DNA of 64,000 bases. Source: Camelus ferus (taxonomy: Eukaryota). Positions 50,720 to 63,746 of the stretch are shown one piece after another. The notes beneath the pieces were generated by a model. The model saw nothing but the letters and a program-made list of their open reading frames with translations. It was not told the DNA's origin and searched no databases. The stretch covers positions 104,968,001 through 105,032,000 of the forward strand of contig NC_045697.1 of assembly GCF_009834535.1 (NCBI RefSeq), given 5' to 3'. Each line of letters begins with the position of its first letter. Within the stretch, counting starts at the first letter, position 1. The translations under genes were made by a program, and so were the position numbers.

Positions 50720-53162
50720 GTAAGTAGCTGTGCTCTTCTGTTTGGTTCTGAGGGACAGAGGAGGGCTGTGACCTTCATTTAAAAGTGTGCTTGTCTGGCG
50801 GGTACTGAGGCCGTTAGATCTAAGGACTTTTGTTCTCTCCTCAGTGGGGCTGCCCAAGGGAGAAGGGCCCATGAAACAAGGCCCTTCTTGAACAGGGTCT
50901 CGGTGTTCCCAGGATGGAAGGGGTGGGTGAGTGCTGTTTCAGATCTGCTTTAAGTTCACTGCGTGCCCTTTGGGGGTTGCACAGAGGATGCTTTCTCACT
51001 AGGTGTGCAAACTTCTAGAGAGATGTGAACGCATATATCATGATCGATGCAGACTTCTGACATTTCCTATAGAAGGACGCTTCATTTATATGAACTTTTG
51101 AGAGCTTTATACTAGCGTCCTGCCCTGTCTACTCCATTAGCACCCTGAGTAACTGACAACTGATGGGTGAAATACCCGATTGTATCTTCTCGGTTTGGTT
51201 TAGTGCCTGGCGTGCGCAGATCAGCTGAGGTACATTAGGACAAATAACATCAGTGCAGACAAACTGCCGTGGACCTGGTTTGACCCCGTGAGGGTTCGTC
51301 TTTCTGTGCTTACTGAGGCTGGGGGGTGAATGCAGATTAGTGGTGATGTGGGACGTCAGATTTCAAACAAATGCTCAGAGAAGGAGAAAAAAAAAATAAA
51401 ATAGAACTCCACTAATAATTCTGTAACATTACTTGATTAGTCAGTCAAGTTACATCTAAAAATACGTCTATAATTCAGCCTGAGAGTATTTGGCTGTCCT
51501 GTCTTTAAAATTAAAAAAAAAAATTTAAAAAAAATCTAAGTTACTTAAAATAAGTCACAGATAATGATGTCATTTGACCCTCGCTGGGCATTCTTGGGAC
51601 TTTAAATGGAGTTAGCGAGTGTTCCTCATATTTCCTTGGCTTTTTATAGTTACTGCTGGATTCATATGAAATCATTATGAACTTATTAAGTATTAAAAGA
51701 GGCTGGGAGAGATTTGGTATGCTAAAATTTGGGGGTGACCTGGAGATTTTGAAAATCTAAGGGAAAATCAAAGTGAAACTTGAAATATGGATACCCGTTC
51801 CCCAGATGAGATTTTTTTTTTGTCCCTTCGAGATGGTCACGTATGTATATTTAAGTGCTGAAGACTGTGCGTGATGGATTTGAGTTATATGTTCTCACGC
51901 ATGCCTGTCACGGCTGCAATTCTTTCTTTCAAAATAAGGACACTATTCCACTTTGGTGCTCCAAGTAACAAAGACAATGGTTACAGAGGAATGAGAATCT
52001 GTAATCCTGGGCGCTCTAGGGGTCCAATTCGTGTTGTGTGTGTATGTGTGTTTGTATTGTGAGTATGTGTGTGTTTAAGCACAAACCAGATCTCGCATCA
52101 TGTCTGTCAGTAAGATCTATCACAGTCAGTGGAGAATGGTGGTGTTGGTCACTCTTCTTCCATTGTGGTTGCGTGGAGAAGTGGCATTCTGAGCCACGAT
52201 ACAGCCACAGCTCAATTCACAGCACGTCCGTGGCTGAAACAGGAAGAACTTAATATTTTGGGTCATAAATCCAACGAGGAGTGAATTCCCCCAGCTTCCT
52301 ATTCATACAGATTTAAAAATGTCACTGAAAGCACTCCAACCTTGAGAGGCCAGAAAGGGAGAGGAGGCGAAATAAGTCGTTGAAGCAAGTCCGGAAAGGA
52401 GATTCTGGTCATAATGTAGGCTTTCTCCTACTGGAAGAGCTTGACTGTTTTTTTTCTGTGCACTGGAGAAAATTCATCTCTGTTTCTCTTCAGTCTGTAG
52501 GATGTTTCCTGTGTATCTTTGAAAGGACTGACCTGAGGACCTTTCAGTCCAGATTTCTCATTGTATCGGGGAACTCTTCTGAGACTTGAGCATCCCTGGA
52601 AGGCTTGTGAAGCCCACAGTGCTGGGGCCCACCCCAGAGTGACTCTTAGGGTTGAGGGGGAGCCTGAAAATGTGCATTTCTAACGTATTCCCAAGTGGTG
52701 TTTGGCAAGCCCTGATACAGACTCCTGTCCGTCCCTCCCCTCATGGCTCTAGGCACGTGCTGCTGTAAACAGCTTCTCTAAGGAGTGTGCGTGGGAGAGT
52801 GACAGTGGTCCCCACTCCCCCGCCTTTCTCTTCCTGGGATAGTGTTTGTGGTCCTCAAGCAGCCCCTGTGTGCCTCCTGCAGACTTGGACTCCCTCTGCC
52901 TGAAGTGTCTCCCTTTTTGCTCAAGATAATCCTGACTTGTCTTCAGGGCTTAATTTAGTTTTCACTTCCAGGAAGCCCTCTCTCTTGCTCTGATCTACGG
53001 GAGGATTGTAAATAACACCCTTCTCTGTCTATAGCCAATCCCTGATGCTAGGAAACGGATCCCTCCCATTATTAGTGAGTACTTACCGTGTGTCGTTACC
53101 TGGTAGCAGTAGTGTGGATGTGTATCTAGGTATCTACGTCAGCACCTCCATCTGCCTGCTTA

Positions 53163-53518
53163 TCTATCTTATTTAGTTCCAGCTGCTGTCACAACAGTAC
53201 TTTGATGGAGGGGCTTGTGAACCACAGGAATTTATTTCCCACAGTTTTGGAGGCCAGCAGTCCATGATCAGGGTGTCAGCCTGGAGGGTCTGGTGGGAGT
53301 CTGCTTCTGGTTTGCAGACTTGCTGACGTCCCCCTGTATCCTCAGGTGATGGAGAGCAGAGGGAGGAAGCAGGCTCTCTGGTGGCTCTTAGAAGGACACT
53401 CACCGCATTCCTGAGGATTCCACTCTCACGACCTCACCTAATCCTGGTTCCCCCCACCGAAGGCCCCGCCTCCTAATACCACCCCTGGGAGGGGCACACC
53501 AACACGAGGTCCATAACC
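53163..53518 (-). mobile_element. MaLR solo LTR (MLT1A-like)
   Basis: ggaatttatttcccacagttttggaggc...tccatgatcagggtgtcagc...ctcttagaaggacact...ccgcctcctaataccacc...gtccataacc. Confidence 0.8.
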
Positions 53519-56183
53519 CTGTTTAATTTTTCTCTCACCCCAAGATTGACCGTAAAATTCTTGATGATGGGAATTTCTTACACCCTTTGAACTTTTTAGT
53601 GATACTTGACATAGTTATGAATACATATTTTATTTCCTATTTTAATGATTATGTATTTGTCAAAATGCCTTCCCTCTGGAAATCTCATTTCTTTCTGTGT
53701 GTCACTGAGTGTCTCTTAGGCAGCTATGTTTGGTTTCTGATCCATCTTCCTCCTTCTTTATAAAGATAAAAAACTCTTCCCCGAGGAATTTCACAGAATT
53801 AATCTCACCATTTTCTCTTTATAGCATTAAAAAAAAAAAGGTCCTTAGCATTTGCACATTTAGTTCTCATCGTGTGCTTTGCTTTCCTTTTCGTTTCTTT
53901 CTTTTTTAATCTATCATTTCTGCATACCAGCTGCACAGTATTGATTATAGTAGCATCTGAATAAATCGAATAAAACCAAAGCTGCTGCCAAGGTCATTGA
54001 CATGCTACTCAGAGCCTTAAACAACGAGGCCTTGCCTGGACTGCCTGGTTTTAATCTAGAGCGGTGACTCTCTGTTCCAAAATTCACACTTGCCTTAATC
54101 TCAGGTCCTGAAAAATGAAGACCAAATATATACAGATCACCTAGGACCCCTGTAGCTCTGTCGTACAGAAATGCCGTGATCCCAGCCACCGGGAAGCAAA
54201 CTTACAGAGGAAAACCTACAGCAGCTGCGATTCTGATACAGGCGGTGTGTAAATACAGCTGTGGCCTCTGACAGGTAGAAAACAATATAGCAGAATTGCA
54301 TTTCTTGGGTTTCCGCTGATGTTTATGACTTGTGGGTCTTATTTATTGCAGTCAGTCAGTCTGGAGCTATTACGACCTGTACACTCATTGAGGTGATGGG
54401 CGACTTCATTGCCAGTGAAAAATTGCTGGCTCAGTCTCCTTAGAGGACATTACATCATAGGTCAAGGTATTTCACATGTTCCAAAGTCATTCTTTTTCCC
54501 AATAAAGGAGGTTTCTCTTCGATTTTTAAATGATGGAGCAAGTCCTTGACAAGCAATTTTTTTTTCCCTCCAGTTCCCTGCCACAAAAGAAAGTCTCTTG
54601 TAAGAGATAGTGGACATTGCTATCTGTTTCCTCTATGTATTTCAGATGAAAAACTGGCACATTCCCACATTCAAGATGGTAGCTGGGAGTGTTGGGACCC
54701 TGAGCTGTAACTCAGTCTGTGCTCTGGCAGGCCAGGGGGCAATAGTCCTTCTCTCCCACCCCGTGAGAGGCGTGGCTTAGTTTATCCTGAATGTGAAGAT
54801 GCTCCCAGGGGCCCCCCTGAGCCACTGTTGCGTGGCAGAGATTCGTGGCTACCCAGACATGATGCTAGTTGCTTAAAGTCATTAGACAGCAGACTCGCAC
54901 GCCCACTTACAGCCTTGTGCGTGTCATCCACAGACTCCGTGCGCCCTCACTGGTGACTGTTTTTATTCTTGTCTATGAAATAATGTCCTCTGAGCTGGGC
55001 AAACAAATAGAGGTTCCCCAGAGACAACTACTGGGCACTGGAAATTACTGGACTCTTGGTTCCATGATTGCTTTTCTCAGGAGTTGATGAATTTTGTGGG
55101 GAGATATCAGAGTACGCCTTACATTGATTTGTGTCTCACAGCAAACCACAAGTGATTTGTCTGAAGTTCAGAAAAATAATCATCTTAAGCAGTTTTTAGC
55201 AGATTTTGCTGAAATTGGGTGCACACCCAGAAATGATAAGGTAGCAGTTGTACGTAGGCCAACGTTGTCTTCACCTCTTCCCTTCCTCTCTCTTCCCTGT
55301 TGAACTCTCCTCCACCCCTGCAGGGAGGGCTGCCTTAACCCCATCGCTCCTTGACTTTACTGCTCCTGACCCTGCCAGGGCCAGTCAGTCCACCCTAGGA
55401 GTTGATGTCTTTAATCTGTGTTTGCAAAGAAAATAGGGAATTTATCTTTTAAAAGTTCTGGGTTTTGGGGTTTTTTTTTTTTTTTTTGCATATCTGCTTT
55501 TTTGCTAACTTGACTAAGACATATGGCTTTTCAAACAAGGGGAGAAAAGCTATGTAAATTTAAAAAGAGATCAGGAGAGGGTGGTATTTAAGCCCCCCAC
55601 CACCAAAGTGAATTATCCATCACAGAAATTCCCAGCGTCTTTATTGGCGAGTCAGGAGATCACAACCTAAGGAAGGGGGAGAGCGCCTCTCCTTCTCTGC
55701 TTCTCTGTAGATGGGCACTGGTTATGGAAAGTGGTGGGTTCCATGGACCAGGGTCTTGGTAGAGCTTGTGCTGTCACATGGGTGGATGTACCCTCTGGTG
55801 CTGGGTGCTGTAAACTGGAAGCCAGTCCCCTCTCCCATCCTCAGTGAGCAGAAGAGTCCCTGGTGGGTTCAGGAAGATTGAGGTCTAAGGTAGCCCAAGT
55901 GTCAGGAAGCCCGGGGCAGGTGAGCAGGAGGAGCGCGTCGCCGTGCTGGGAGCCCCGGCAGCCTTGGGAGTTCTGCTCAGAGGTTAGCCCCTTCTGGACC
56001 TGTTGGGGGGCTGGAGACTTAGAGCAGAAGCTTTGGCTTCAGCAGTGGCTGGTGATTAGAGGCTGTGGAGAAATCTTGATAACTGTGTGTTAGCTGTTGG
56101 GGGCCACCTCATTTCGTTGTAGCTGCTTGATAAACATTTCATGTTAGTCCTCATGTCAAAGCCAGTGGAATAGAGATATACTC

Positions 56184-56284
56184 TGTTTGTTTTTTTTTTC
56201 AATGGCAGTACTGGAATTGAACCCAGAACCTTGTGCATGCTAAGTAAGCATGCGATCTACCACTCAGCTATATACCCTCCCCCC
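56184..56284 (-). mobile_element. tRNA-derived camelid SINE (Vic-1-like)
   Basis: The reverse complement begins ggggggagggtatatagctgagtggtagatcgcatgcttac...aaggttctgggttcaattccagtac. Degenerate TSD agagatatactc / agagacagactc. Confidence 0.88.
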
Positions 56285-58859
56285 AGAGACAGACTCATTG
56301 TTAAAGGTAGGGAAACGGAGGCACAGAGAGGTAGGAAAATTGCCCCAGGCCACACAGTAAAGGGTACAGGTGGAGCCTGACCCTGATCTGTCTGTCCCTG
56401 TGATCTGTGGTTCCCTTAGATCTGTTTTACTGTCGTTACTGAAATTGTCTGGTCGCATGTGGGAACCTCATCAAGTTGTAGCTTCCCCCTGATTCTGAGA
56501 CCCAGGGAGATGCCAGCGGCTGTCGGCTGGCTGCTGCCCCTGTTTTGATGAGGGAGCGCTGACCCTGTGTTAAGTCAGGTGGCTGTGGTTTATAATTATC
56601 TATGGAGAATAAACACTTGAATCGGAATTGCTGCACATTCATCATCCAGCACCTCTGGCTGTGATTTGGGGAGGAGGCCATCGTCCCCTACACCAGAGTG
56701 AGAAGCTTGGAAATTTGATATTTTGCAACAGGGCAGCTTCCATAATCTTTTTATGAGTAACATGATATCCAGGAAAGCTCAGGGCCCACATACTTGGCCG
56801 TCGACCATCAGCCTAGTCACATGCATTTTAGGGGGGATGACTTTAGTTCTGTGTGTTTTCTTCACTCTTCCCTCCAACTTTTATAGGAATTTTGCTGGAC
56901 CGACTACCTCGCATCTTCCCAGCCTTCCATACCTGCCCCTTGTGTCTTCTGGGGTATTTTTGGTATTTGTACTGTGCACTTGGCACTTGCGTGGGGCCTA
57001 ATTCACGCCTTTCTTTGCTGTACTGTGAACTACAGGTTCTGAGACACGGAGGGTTTATTTTCACGCCAGGTTGTCGATCGTTCCTGTAACTTTTAAGGCC
57101 TGTGATGAAAAGTTGACTTCCCAAAAGAAAGGCACACGTCTGAATTTTGGTAATAGCTTTTCTACTGCTTTAAGACTCAATAAAAAGAAAAAAACAAAGA
57201 AAGAAAAACAATCCTTGTGAGTGTTGTTTTGTTTTTCTTTTTCTTCTTAGTTTCATGGATTTCTGTTGTTGTAATTTGTCACTGGCCGTGCGTAGACTGG
57301 TTGGCTGTGTCTCAGCATTGAAATGCAGGCAGGGACCCCGTGCGCTTTCCCTAAGTCGGAGGACCATGAGTTAGAACGGGAAAGCACTGCCTTTTGAGTC
57401 ACACCGAGCGTTGCATCCTTATTCTGGTTCTTAAAGCTTTGGAGGCCTTACGCAAATGGCTGGAGCAAACCAAGGCTTAGCAAGATTATCTGTAAAGGGG
57501 GAATAAGAGCCCCTTGGGGTTGTTGTGTTCAAGGTACCACATGTAATAAAGCCCAGTCACGGCTCCCCTGGGGGCCCTAGGCGGCCACCTGCTTGCCTCT
57601 TCCTTTCCTCTGAGAACCTAATTTGATGCTCTTAGTTTAGCTTGACCTGACTTCCTGGTTCACCAGTTATGTGATCTCCTCACTAAATGACGCAGGGAAT
57701 TAACCTCGCTTGTCCCAGAGAAGCCTCAGATATTGACCTGAAGTTGTGTCGTTTCCAGCAGTTACAGTAGTTCTTCCGGGAGGACTCAGGGCACCTGGCT
57801 CTGTCAGTGCCTCCCTTGGAGAAGCCTCTGAGAACAGGGCCCTTGAGTATCGCATGACCAAGGCATGGGCTTCCCACTGGGACCCAGCCGCCTCTGTGAA
57901 GTATTCTGAGCGGTGAGGGGAGCTCACCTGTCACCGTCGGTAACCTGCAAAACAGCTGGGGGGGGGGGTGACCAGAGGGCTTTCTTGGCAGAGTAGTGTT
58001 GTACCCCTTTTGAGCTGTGCTTTAGAGCCCCTGTTTCATGGCTGTTTTCCACAAATGAATCGAGCTGGTAGAGACATCCCTGTCAGTGACCCTGCTGAGA
58101 CCTGTAAAGCCCCACGACTTTCTGAAAGGAAGCGATAGCTCCTTTTCTGTTCAGCGAGCAAGCTCCCATCCAGCCCTCGTACCTGATTCCATAGTGATCA
58201 TCTGGGAGAAGAGAAATGGAATTCAAGGAACACGCTCAGGAAAAGATTGGCCAGAGATGTAATTCTGAGATTTCTTTCATGGCAAAACCCAAGAAAATGA
58301 TCAAGCTGGGGGTGAACTTTGTAAGATCTGGGGTGATAGGATGGTGCTGCCCCCGGCAGCCTTGGCATCCCACATCGGGGGAATGAGAGTCCAGGGTGGC
58401 CGTGTCCAGCCCCAGAAGGCTTTGTCTTATTTATCTGTGCTCGAGGGATTTCCTTCGGTGCCCTTCCCCCTCTCCCTGCCCACTTCCTGCAGAAGGGGCT
58501 TTTCTCAAGGGTGATCGAGCTGTTGCTTTTCTGTGCTGGCTTGATGTATTGGCTGCCTCCCTCCTGCATGGAGGTGACCACGAGCAGTTGTGGGGGAGAG
58601 CTGCTGCTACAGGAACGTCCTGGGTGTTTGCCGACTGGTGTCTGGCACGCACGGGATCCCCGTGCCATAGAGCAGGGAAGATGGAGGAGAGCAGGCTTCT
58701 CAAGCGCCGGGGCATCTGCCGTCGTTGTCTTCATCTCCCACAGCTCTCCACTACAAGGTGGATTCTCATCTGGTCCATCTGCTCCAGGGATCAGCCAACT
58801 GCTGCCTGTGATCATCAGTCAAGCTTTGCTGGAACCTCGGCACCCAGTGATTTCCATTT

Positions 58860-58984
58860 TGTCGGCGACAGCTTTGTGCTGCTGTGATGGCAGGGTTAAG
58901 CATTTGCGAGACCTGCAGGCTGCAAACCCGGATGTATTTGCTGTCTGGCCCTTTACAGAAAACGTTTGTTGCGCTCGATCTAGT
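58860..58984 (-). mobile_element. MER58-like hAT DNA transposon fragment
   Basis: gtatttgctgtctggccctttacagaaaacgtttg is the diagnostic MER58 terminus. Confidence 0.65.
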
Positions 58985-59249
58985 CTGTAAACGAAACTGA
59001 TCTTTTCGGAAAAGCCCACGTTTCTTAAAACCTAGTTTCAACCAGTGTGATTAATTGCCGTGTTTTAGGTGGGCTGTGCAGGTGGCTTTTAAAAGTAACT
59101 GACATATCTTCTCATGTCACTGAACCAACCAAAAGTTTTGCTTATGGTTTTTGGATGTCTTCAAGTGTGAAATCATAATTTCAAAAGGCCTTTAGTATTT
59201 CAATGAATAAAAAGTTTATTTGGGGTCATTCTTTTTACAACCTATGGTT

Positions 59250-59500
59250 TAAAAAAAATTGTATTTCAGAATAGTTGTAGATTTACAGAAAATTTACAAA
59301 GATAGTAGAGTCCGCCTTAGACCCTTCACCCTGCTTCCCCTACAGTTAATATCTTACACAAAACTGTGGTGCTTTGGTTAAAAATGAGAAATTCACATTG
59401 GTATGATACTATTAAATACAGACTTTATTTGGATTTCACTGATTCCACTCATGTCCTTTTTGTTCCAGGATCCAGTCCACGAGATCGTATTGTATTTAAC
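59250..59500 (-). mobile_element. Old L1 (L1MC-like) 3' remnant
   Basis: aatagttgtagatttacagaaaatttacaaagatagtagag...cagactttatttggatttcac...tgttccaggatccagtcca. Confidence 0.65.
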
Positions 59501-61623
59501 AATTTTTTTAAGTGATGACATTTACCTAATATCTGTAGTTTTCCCCTTTTTGACATCGTTTGTTGTCTTTTGGTAAAGAAAACGATTCGTCAGTGATGGC
59601 GTATGCCTGGAAGGCAGAGGCAGCAACACCTGATGCTCGTAATAAGGGCGTCGTTACTGGGTTCTCCCTGTCTCCACTCACTGCTGTGTGCTTTACAGCT
59701 GTCATGTCATTTGCATCTCACAGCCACCCAGCCGACTAACCAGTGCTTTCACTTTTCAGGAAACTGAGGCCAAGGAGATTGCAACTTGCCCAGATTTCAG
59801 TTGTGGACCCTCAGTGGGGGCTAATAATGCCATCTGTGCCCCAGCCTTTGTGAGTGAGAAGTGACCTCCCCCTCCCCCCCTTTTAAAACAAAAAAAAAAG
59901 GAACAAGCTTAGGGAGATTCAGGAACTGCAAATGGGCACGTGGCCAGAGCTGTCTTCACAAGCCAGGTGTCTCTGAGAGTGGCAGCATTTCATGCACTTA
60001 CAATTTGTGTAATAAAACCCTTCAGCTGCCCTGTCTGGGAGTGTCAGATTCAGTGGTCCTGTGCCCAGAGGATCTCTGCCTCCCACCTACCTCCATTCGG
60101 CCCCTTGTGTTCTGTTCCAGCCCCTGGCAGGGACTTAAGGCTGTGAGCTCCCTGCAGGCCTGTCGCACCAGGGCTCAGGACTGACATGACCCTCAGTGAG
60201 GCACCTTCACCTCTCTGTGGTGGTCTTCTTATGTGTCATGCGGAGAGACAGCATAGCCTGGAGTGGGTGGTGCACTGCCCAGGGGTAGGGAGGTGGTGAT
60301 TCTGACCACGGGAGCATCTGCTCAGGGCAGAAAGCCTTCCCTCGTGCCCACGTGACAGTCGGCTGCCCCCTCTGCTCTCCTGCGGGACCCTGGGAACTCT
60401 TTACGTCATCATCACCCTGTGTTGTGGCGATCAGTCTGTCATTCTCTTCTCACCTGACTGGGAGCTCGTGCAAAACAGATGTCACAGTTCCCTGAGTGTC
60501 CCCCCAGGGCCTAGCACGGGGCCGACAGGTGGTTCTCAGACCGTGAATGATGAGTGAACGGGGTCCACTTCGAACCCTCCTAATGGTCAGTAAAGGCCTC
60601 CTCACTGAACACTGTGGGTTACGGTGACTGACCCAGGCTTTTGCTCTTCTCCCCTGGCGTCCCCCTCCCTGTGCTCATTTGGACCCAGCAGTGTGCTGGC
60701 TGAGGAATTCTCCCTCTGTGGCACTTAAGGAAGAACAGTGGCATTTATTTGAACAGAGATTTCCCATAATATACAGATCTACAATATTTCCTTCTGTCTT
60801 TATTAACATTTTCAAACACTTTTGCCCAGGACAGCTGTTCTAGACTTATGCTGTATGTTTCCCGGGCTGGAATGAGAGATCATTTCACTAATGTGTTAGC
60901 TTCTGCTCGGAGACCTTGCAAATGAGGTTTTGAATGTCTTTCCTTCCAGTGCAAACTTTTGACTTGATGCCGACATCAGAAAACCATAGTCAAAGATCTT
61001 GGTTGGGGGGGGGGGTTAATCACTTCAGAGAAGCAGTCATTTCTTTTCTTAATATGTTTTCTCTCTTCGAATTTTAAATTCCGCTCTGTGCTCCAAGACT
61101 TGTATCGCCAGCACTGCCCACCGCCTGACCCATCTCTGCTGTGCAAGAAATGTTTGTTATAGACGCAGACGCGCTCGGGTGACGGGTGCAGCTGTTGCCG
61201 AATTTTAAGTTAAGGCCCTGACTCCCCTCCCCCATTTCCGAAATGTTTGTGCTCTTTTGCTGCCAGAAATTTTTTTAATATGCATGGCGCGTGGAGTCTG
61301 GCATTAGATAAGATTGGGTCACAGTTTGAACCAGAAGCAGCAATACTGCTGGTTTGTTAGATTTCGAAAAGTAAAAGCTGTAGAGGGGACACATCCACAG
61401 CTGCCATCATAATTCTTTGTTCTTGAGGGTTTCTTCCTTCCTGTCGCGAAAGCCGCAGGCTCTGTCCCGGAGATACAGACCTGTTTCTCCAAGGCACATG
61501 TTCTTTCTGTTGGGGGGAATTCTCTCATCACCTTCACAGACGTGTGTTCTATTCCCCAGCCCCTCCGCCCACCCTGCCCCAAGGCAGGAGACCCCTCTGT
61601 TGCCTTAGGAATACCCAGTGCAC

Positions 61624-62247
61624 TTTCTTTTTCTTTTTCTTTTTGGCTTTAATATTTTTATTGAAGTACAGTCAGTTTACAATGTTGTGTCAGTTTCTGG
61701 TGTACAGCACAATACTTAAGTCATACATGAGCATACATATATTCGTTTTCATATTCTTTTTCACTGCAAGTTGCTACAAGGTATTGAATATAGTTCCCTG
61801 TACTCTATAGTATAAACTTGTTGTTTATCTGTTTTATGTATAGTAGTTAGTATCTGCAAATCTCGAACTCCCAATTTATCCCTTCCCACGCTGGTAACCA
61901 TAAGTATGTTTTCTATGTCTGTGAGTCTGTTTCTGTTTTGTAAATAAGTTTATCCTTTTTTGTGTGTTTAATTCCACATATCAGCGATATCATATGGTAT
62001 TTTTCTTTCCTCTTTCTGGCTTACTTCACTTAGAATGACATTCTCCAGGTCCATCCATGTTGCTGCAAATGGCATTATTTTATTCTTTTTTATGGCATTA
62101 TATAAATAAGCCACAACTTCTTTATCCAGTCATCTGTCGATGGACACTTAGGTTGCTTCCACGTCTTGGCTATTGTAAATAGTGCTGCTGTGAACATTGG
62201 GGTGCAGGTGTCTTTTTGAATTAGAGTTCCCTCTGGATACATGCCCG
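61624..62247 (-). mobile_element. Young L1 3' end (~620 bp) including the ORF2 C-terminal fragment
   Basis: T-rich tail, full 3' UTR, and minus-strand peptide GMYPEGTLIQKDTCTPMFTAALFTIAKTWKQPKCPSTDDWIKKLW (ORF 62090-62368). Confidence 0.92.
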
Positions 62248-62931
62248 GTAGACGTTCAATATGTGTTTTCAAGGATGAGTTTGAGTTAGCAGTAAGAAAG
62301 CTTTGTGTTTTTACTGAAACCCTCTCGTTTCCCTTTCTTTTCTTCAAGAAGGAAAGAGTTCTTCTCAAAGAAAGGTGGTGATGGTGTTGGCTCTTGTGCC
62401 CTGAAAACGGAGAAGAGTCGAGATTCCTTCAGGTTAGCGTGTGAAACTGGACAGGCAGCAGAGAAACAGATACTAGGGCTTCTCTGTAATTTGTTTCTGT
62501 TTTCACTAAATGTGGTTTTTGAGCTTTTCAGGAAGAGTTGACTTCTGCTTCCAGTTTTGCAAACCACAAGTTGGCTTTCAGGAAATGTGCGGCACGTAGG
62601 TGCTTTTTGGTAACTGGTCAGCCGCTCATTATTAAGTAAAATCCGTGTTTGCGATCATGCCAGTCCTACTCATCAAAAATCCATGGTTAAAGGGGCAGCA
62701 GGAAGAAGGAACTAAATAGGTTTTTTTTAAATACTCAAATTTGGAAAGTGGTAGAAGAGGACACTCAAAATATTTCTCTATGTCCTAGCAGGTAGTGAAC
62801 GGGCTTTTTCTTCTTAGGTCACGTATCGTTTTTGATTGTTAACCTCGAGACTTTCTTAGCCAGGATTCTCCTCTGAACCACAGGATACAAAAAAGGACCC
62901 AAGTGTTTTCCCCTGCTCCCAAGGATGCTGA

Positions 62932-63339
62932 TGTCAGGAAGTGTGAAGCCTGACATTTGACTCCCACATTTACCTGCCATGATTCCAAGGATGCTGGAAG
63001 CAGATGGGGGACTCCAAGTCAGAGTCGAGGACTGTACTGATCACCGCTATCATGGTCCTCAGAGTATGAATTCCTCAAGGCCCAGTCCCCACAGAGGGCC
63101 TGATGACACCTGCCTGTGGAGTGTTACAAGAGAGGAACCCAGATTTCAGGAAAACCAGATCTTTTATGACAGGCGGTCAAGCCTGCTGTTCGCTCTAGGG
63201 GAAGACACAAACTTTATCTTCCAAGGCTCTGTGCTCTACAAACATCCTTGAAAAGACAGTCCAGGACCAAAGCAGCCAGTATGTCTGCTCACTAGAAGTA
63301 CAGAAATACCGGAGACCCAAAGAGAATTGTGTCCCAGCA
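62932..63339 (-). mobile_element. ERVL-class solo LTR (subfamily not assigned with confidence)
   Basis: TG...CA termini. The minus strand starts tgctgggacacaattctctttgggtctcc...tgtcttttcaaggatgtttgtagagcacagagccttggaagataa, which resembles old eutherian ERVL LTRs. Confidence 0.6.
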
Positions 63340-63561
63340 CATAGGTAGCTGGAACGATTCTAGATGTAGAGAAGAGATGTTAATTCATTACGTACATGGA
63401 TGCCCTGGGACCTCATTCTCTCCTAGGGCCTGGGCTGAGCAAAACTGCTAGACCTTTGCTATCAGCCGTTATTTCCCAAATGCCTAGAGTTCCTCTAAAA
63501 TGCTTTGAATCAAAGAAGAGAAAGAGACTATCAGAAATTCTCTTTTAAAAGTAATACTTTC

Positions 63562-63746
63562 CAAGTAAACAACAAGGACCTACTGTAGAGCGCAGGGAAC
63601 TATATTCAGTATCTTGTAATAGCCTATGATGGAAAAGACTCTGAAAAAGAATATCTGTATCTGTGTGTATAACTGAATCACTTTGCTGTCCACCAGAAAC
63701 TAACACAACATTGTGAATCAGCTATACTTCAATAAAAAATTTTTTA
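63562..63746 (+). mobile_element. Short L1 3' end, sense orientation
   Basis: aaacaacaaggacctactgtagagcgcagggaactatattc...ctatacttcaataaaaaa. Perfect 15 bp TSD aaaagtaatactttc at 63547-63561 and 63747-63761. Confidence 0.9.

Noticed and set aside
58198..58990. Longest ORFs in the track (205 aa minus; 163 and 159 aa plus, overlapping)
   Set aside because: GC-rich intronic sequence open in several frames on both strands, with no recognisable domain and partly overlapping a MER58 fragment. This pattern is expected by chance.
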